DNA of 64,000 bases, taken from contig OZ025792.1 of NCBI GenBank assembly GCA_964019425.1, positions 868,001 through 932,000 on the forward strand, written 5' to 3'. This stretch comes from Flectonema sp. DT1601. Taxonomy: Eukaryota. The position numbers and the translations under genes are program-made. Positions 57,316-64,000 of this stretch are shown here, piece by piece. Every line of letters starts with the position of its first letter. The first letter of the stretch is position 1. Under the pieces are notes generated by a model. That model searched no databases. It saw nothing but the letters and a program-made list of their open reading frames with translations, and was not told the origin of the DNA.

Positions 57316-60300
57316 TTCGTTGGATGTTAGGTTGTTAAAAGTTAAACTGTGGTAGGAAGTTAATGAATACGAATTATGAATCTAATTAGCCTTTGAGACC
57401 TTCTAATGTATTCCACAATAATCATGTTATGGTTTCTGAGTAAAATTAATTAGTTTTAACCGACATGTTGATTCATTTCCTCAATTAAGTATTGTCGAAC
57501 GAACCATAAACGGCGTGGGTTGGAAAGTTGGGTTTGTGAATTAATGCATTACCAGCTCTATAAACGTTAAGTACTAATAATTAGTACATAAACATGAGTT
57601 GCAAGATACGATTTTACCAGTAACCTTTCTGTTTTCTTCTGAAAGTCCCCAGATGGGAAACAATAGGTACGTTGATGCAAAAAGGTATCGTCGTTTGGCA
57701 AGTTACACGCGGCGAGGGGATGAATTCATCTGATACAACAGAGACGTCTAAATGTGTTGAATTTGTTTGTGTTAAACTATCAAACACTCACTTGTAGAAC
57801 GAGTGATGATCACAAGCAAGCTATCATCCAGTGCTGTTGTGGGGTCATCGGAAGTACTCAGAACGCAAAGCGTTCAGTTATTCCAAATAATCACAAACTC
57901 AATAACACTAGATTTAATGTACAGAATAGTAACACCTCCCTTTACTAAAGTTGGGGAAGGAATCACCAGAAGGTACAAAAAGGTATAATCAATTGGTTGT
58001 TTGCTTGTCTATAGATGTCGTTAAAAAAGATTAAACTCTGAAAATGCTTACCAGAGAGACGTTGATTGCACGTCCTTGTGGTTACTGTTACGCGTGCTTC
58101 AGTACTGCCCGCGGTGTGCCTCACGAGTATAACCATGAAACGGACAGTTGAAAAGAAAAAGAAAACATACAAAAGTTGCATCTCTTAAATGCATGAGTTG
58201 CCTAGGAAAGAGCACAAGATATATTTTCGAGTGGCAGAAGATACTGCATAATCAAATGCCTCCTCTATGAGGGAAATAAAGAAAGCCGATGTCGCTTTTA
58301 CCGCAGCCGGTTATCGAGCAGCATTCGTATGGGGGTAAGAAATTGCAAGGCTGAAATAGAAATATCAAAGATGGAAAAAGAGTGTGAGAAACCTCTGCCA
58401 CAATCTTACCATCGTTAGATAGTAGAAAAGACACAACTTGATTAGCAAGCAAGAAGGAAACAGTAATAGAAAAAAAGGATAATTATTGGAACTGTTTGTA
58501 GATAAATAGACTAATAAAAATAGTTTTTAAAAAAAAAAAAAGAAAAAAAGGATTATAAAAAGAGAACCATCTCCAACGATTGCTGTTAGATAGTTTGCCA
58601 CCTCTTCAATAACGATTTTTCTCAGAGATCACCAGAGCGGTGGGTTTAACGAACCTTCACAAAGTTTGACTCTCAAGAAATATTTATAAAAAGGTTTTTA
58701 TGATGTTAAAATTAATTAGTAAACGTAGGGCCAGCTGGAAAAGATAAAAAAAAGATTTCTCATATTCCACCCTTTTGTTGAAGAAAAAAATCAAAGAAAA
58801 TGAAAGTCCAAATACAGCTGCTGAAAGTCGCTTAAACGGTTAGCGTGTCAGACTATGAATATCGTCACACAATTGTTCGCGCCATTCAGCTCATGTAAAA
58901 TGAAGAAAGAAAAAAAAAATCAAAAATAATGTAGCGAAGCCGACAAATGAAGAAGGAACTGCTACCAGTCAAACTACATAAATAACTAAGCCAAAATTAG
59001 CTGAAATTTATCACTACTGCTGGTGGTGTTGTCAGCAGCATTAATGCTCAGTCCATCAATTCTGAACTTTTGAGAACGGGGAAAGGGCACAGGCTTGGAA
59101 CACAAAAAAAAAGAGAACGAAAAATAAATACCTTCCCATGAACCTGATCGTTCACATTTGTGTCGTTGCAGTACCTTCCTCAAAAAAAAAAAAGGGGGGA
59201 ACAAAATAAAAAATGAAACGGTTCGTGTTAAAGCGATCAACGCCTCACGCCAGTTCATTAAAAATGTACATAACTAATAAACAGCGTGCCACAGTACAAT
59301 CCGCAGCTTTAGCTTTATCTTTTTTTTTTGAATAAATTATTTCGTATTTACTTTAACTTTGGTTTTCAGTTCGATTATTCTTTTGAATACTACTCGGATT
59401 TCTCATGCAAATAATAGATATTGTCCCCTCTTGGGCTATTTCTCTGATCTGATGATTCAAATTCTCTGTTTACATGAGAGGTATTTAAAAAACCTAAGAA
59501 AAAAAAAGGGGGTGGGGGTTGAAATGTTTGACTATATTTATGAAGAAAATAAATATCTGTATCGTACCAGAGTTAATAGTTATGACACAGTTGACTAAAG
59601 GTAATGTTAGTATAGGTAAACACTCTGCAGATGACGTAGAGGACTTTACATTATAATAAATGGTTCCAACTTAGCTGCATACACATCTCTTTTTCCGTGT
59701 TGTCATTCAGGAGCAGTAGGGAATCGAGTTATTCAATTACTTAAGGCGTGAGCCCTGGGAAATCAAAACCAGAATAATGTAATACGGCAGAGTGTAGGTT
59801 TTCACCTAATTAATTACTTGTCAATAAATAATTCTTTTAAAAAAAAATTGAAATTGCTTATCTTTATTAGTTCGTGGGGAATAAGCAACGAAAAATATCT
59901 GACAGCGACTAAGCGTCACCTTGTTGCCTTCTGTCTAGTCCAAAACCAAATAATTAGACAAGGTTCAAAGGAATACCAAAAAGAGACGTGAAAAGTACCT
60001 TTAACTAGCTCAGTGTCACTGGGCACCCAGCACCCGGACAAAGAATTCGATGTTGGTTTTTATTGGTTTCCAAACTGTATAACTGTATAAATTATTAAAA
60101 AAGCAAAACAAATAAAACCATAGTAGTAGAATACTGCATAAAAGGAAAAGAAGAACTAAGACTGTAGTCGTACTCAGATCCACCTGAAAAGATTCACGGA
60201 AAAGTAACCAATAGTGTCGATACACAACGGGGACTGGTTTTTTTTAAATTTCTTTTCCTGTACTTTTATTGGCATTCCCTTCCAGGTGGACGTTGGTATC

Positions 60301-63300
60301 TGCTATTTTTTTTTTTTTTTTTTTTTTTTTGTTCCTTTTTTTGCAAATCCGAAAAACCGAATGACTTACCGAACCCATTTTTGCCTCGACTGACTAACAA
60401 AAATAAGGATGGTGGGAAAAGAAGATATGCATCACGTAGTATGAGAGGGCAAGGGGTAATGTAAGAAAGTCCTTGAGAGTAAAAAAAAGCGGAGCAGACT
60501 GCTGGTGAACAGCGTCTGATATATCCTCAAAAAGAAAGAAGAAGAAAACAAATACCAAGCAAATAACGCTGACTCTAATTTTTTACCTGTATAAAAGAAA
60601 AAAAAACAGGAGAACAATTGTATGCTCACCCTCTTATCAGATAATTTGAAGAGTGAGGCCCATTGCTCATAATATAAAAAACACAAATGAATAATAAGAG
60701 TACCGAAAAAAAAGTATGTAAACAGGTTTTTTCATTTTCCTTCTTCTACTTTTTTTTTTTTTTGTTTTATGAGGTAATGTTTTGACAAACACCTCGATTT
60801 CAAAAAAAAATAATCAAAAAATTAAAAAAAACCTTAATAATATAATTTTTTTTTTTTTGCAGAGAGAAAAAAAAATAAATCAAAAAAAAACTAGTATTCT
60901 TTTTGCTTAGCAGTCGCATAAGATTTTACTTTTGAGGTAAAAAGTATGAGATTCCAGTAAATAAGTGAAAAAAAAAGAATACAATAAAAAAAAAAAAAAA
61001 AAAAAAAAAGACACCGATTTTATGAAAATAATTTTTATTTTCTGCGAAACGTCAACTTGTTCAAGAAGAATAAACTGATAACATCCTCACCATATTTGTG
61101 GTGTGAGAAATCTGAAGTTGAGAAAACACGAAAAATATAAAACAAAACAGCAACGGGTAAGCTATTAAAGGATACCACCGTTACGATAATGTTGTGTTTT
61201 ATTTGCGTTTCCAATACAAGTATCCGATCCGTAGACATGTCCGAAGAGTGATACTTGATTAGTCACCACCAAATAAAAAAACCTTCATTAAGAGTAGGCC
61301 GCCAAAATACATTTTTCCCCATTCTTGTTGAAATTTCGAATGGGAAAAAAAAAAAACTGAAAAAAAGTCTAATCGGAAGAAAGTAAAAAAAAATCTCGTC
61401 TCCAGAAAGACATAAAATCATAATGAAAAATTTTCTTCTTTTTTCTTTTGGCTTTTTTTTTCTTTTTTACTAATAAAATGAAAAGTATAATAACAGAAGG
61501 TGAAGTGTGGGGGAAGCAACAAGATTCCCGCAAGTAGCTGGCAAGTAGAAGTGACCATTAAACAAAAGAGTGCGGACAAATTACTACTAACTCTGCTACC
61601 GCGAGTGCGGTGCTTACGCCTGGATATATAGTATAGATAAATAGATAGACTGTGTTGGTTGAGGGTAGCGAAGTTTACGCTTTTTATCACAACCAAAAAG
61701 AGAGAAATGCAGGTTTTGAGAGAACAACAAAAAAGCTGGCAAAAAAAAAAAAAATAAAATAAATCTTTAATTATATTATTAAAAAAGAATCGCTTCGATG
61801 AAGTTATGGAATATGATTTATTATTTTCTTTATTATATTTTTTATTCCAAACATAATAAAACTAGACAAAACAGAATGAACAAATGATTCAGCGACTTTA
61901 ACAAAATAATAAACAAAGTTTGACTATTACGGGTAAGGAAATAAATAAATAGAATTCGACTTTGTTTGTAAAAGTCTACGATTGTCATAAGTAATTTGTT
62001 GCCTGGGGATTCTGGGTCTGGCAAGAAAAACAGAACAAACACCAAAGCACACAACTATTTTTTAGATCAAAACACGAATGTCAGCAAGTGTTATCAATTT
62101 TTCTCTTTTGAGCCAAACAAAATTTAAAAAAAAGGAAGCGATCTGAAAAAAGCACTCCAACTTCCTATAAAATATTTATTGTTATACTTTATCTCATGAA
62201 AAACCAATTTCCCCTAACATGATCGAATCTACTTACTCTAATCAAACCCTTTGTCCTCACGTCGGTCTTCCTCCTTACGATTCATGAGAACACACGAGAC
62301 AAAGGATTATAATAAAAATAAAAGAACGAGTAAAAGAAAAACATTGTGAATGTGCTACAATGGGCTAAGTAGGCAGATTGTTGCCCAGTCAAGTCGGGAA
62401 CGTAATTTTCGCGACAGACGACTACAACTATGAATCAAAAAGGTAAAGCAAGGCATCTGTTGAGTTAGACTCTATATTCACTGTGTGATGGAAGACTAAT
62501 AGTCGGCTACAACAGACAACCTCCAGTCCAACCTCAAGAACAGGAACTCTTCTATTGTTCCTTTGAGAGCGATGTTTGCCGCTCAGAATTTCTTTATAAA
62601 TTGTATTTGTGAAAACATAAAATGCAAGAACTACAATAAAAAAAAAAAAAAAAAAAAAAAAAAGACTTCATTTGAGTTTGAGCGGAACACATGCTAAGAT
62701 TGGAATTCCTTGTTTCTAAACTTTTATTGGGTAATGTCACTAAAGGGGTGAATGACATCTCTGAAGAGTTTGCGGACCAATCCTTCTTAACATTCCTCAT
62801 CACAAACACACGTCTGTTCTATTATTATAATCATTAATTCATTTCTTTTTTTATTCCTTTCTTTTTCATCATTTCCTCCTGTTTCGTTTCAGTTTGCAGA
62901 CAAACTGATTAACAATAGCAAGTCCTCGTATCTCAAGGTGGTTTAACGTTATGGTTAGTCCCAAGTCGAAATCGGCTTGAGAACTGTGGGAAGAACCCAA
63001 ATTAGTGTGCAACACTCAACCGAGTGCACGGTAAACGTTTTTTCATTATTTTTTACGAATGCAATAACTTTCGCAGAGCGGCAACTCTCCACTGTGACAC
63101 AACAATAACAACAAAAAATCTGTTTCTGGTCTGGAAATTACAGCACAAGTATTCACTTTCAACTTGATACCGAAAAAACAGAATGAACAATATCATAAAG
63201 CACAAGATAAGAAAAACAAGAAAACGGCGACTTACGCGCAAGGGGAACGAGAAACAATTTTCTTTTTTTAGGTGAAGGGAATTTATAATTTATTTTGGGA

Positions 63301-64000
63301 AAACCTCTAATTCGGCACCAACATTTCCACTTTTTTTTTTTTAGGAAACCGTCAGCCGTACTTTGTACAAGGTGGCTGAGGTTCCCGAGACGACAAACCC
63401 GCAGCTTCGCCCCCTCCCATTCAACACACGCATCTATAAATTCATAGCAATGGATTGATTGAAACACAAACAGTCAAGGATGTGTACTTGGGAAACTTTC
63501 CTTCTGGATCTTCTGCTGAGTACATACAATTGCTACTTGACACGCGGGGTAGTACTTAGTTATTATTATAATAACTCCAGAACTGATGGTTGCAGGGAGT
63601 CTCTTGATAATTCAAAGTAGCCTTAAAAAGCTCTCACGCCTGCATGAGTTAGATACCTGATAATCCGTTCAGAAACAGTGTCGCTGACTACCAGGCTGCC
63701 TGTAATTCGCAGGTGCCGTTGAAAAATCCGTAACTTTGAAAAACTTTTGTGCGGAATTAAGGGTTTTCCCATTTATTTTTTATGTTTTTATAAGAAGTAA
63801 CCTTGCATCAGATGCAAAGCAGTAAACCCCTATAGACGTTTGTAACAATGACGCAATCAAGCGGACTCGTCAATGTGTGTGTGCATTTAGTAGAAGGTAT
63901 TCGTCTTGGAATGCGAAGATGAGATTTACTGTCTTTCATAACACCGATTAGATAGATTATAATTTTATTGATTTGTTTGAACGAGAAATATTCTCATCAC

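Noticed and set aside
57641..57730. GAAAGTCCCC...AGTTAC...GGGG resembling RNase MRP conserved regions
   Set aside because: The 3' element is GGGGATGA rather than GGGGCTNA, there is no GARAR-loop P8, and the region folds more simply as a single hairpin.
297..63467. All plus-strand ORFs and the short F/K-rich ORFs in AT-rich tracts
   Set aside because: Antisense shadows of real genes or translations of poly-A/T runs; no domains recognised.
1..64000. CRISPR arrays, transposase/RT genes, rRNA, SL RNA
   Set aside because: No repeat-spacer periodicity, mobile-element domains, rRNA or spliced-leader sequence seen.

Overview
Eukaryotic nuclear DNA from a flagellated protist, most likely a euglenozoan of the diplonemid type (inferred, not proven). 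All 23 supportable protein-coding genes lie on the minus strand in one head-to-tail cluster, usually with a CAG acceptor shortly upstream of the ATG, as expected for polycistronic transcription with spliced-leader trans-splicing. Several genes carry short GT-AG cis-introns. Housekeeping and flagellar genes: Rpn8, UTP10, CCDC113, a SHIPPO-repeat protein, GPR107/108, PRPP synthetase, a double-RRM protein and a 2Fe-2S ferredoxin. Bacterial-type genes: a DadA-like dehydrogenase interrupted by one in-frame TAG, AlkD, and a fused TIGR04282-TIGR04283 arsenosugar-type glycosyltransferase. A GC-richer OYE-metE-OYE cassette has metE flanked by ~1.5 kb near-identical direct repeats. Two long gene-free tracts (~24.3-37.3 kb, ~57.3-64 kb) and several candidate structured RNAs are present. 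Best leads: the lone UAG at a probable Trp position, the repeat-flanked metE cassette with recurring UGGAUU hairpins, the unusual intron grammar, and two ncRNA candidates (~5.5 kb, ~41.7 kb). All family assignments come from motif recognition by eye; no searches were run.
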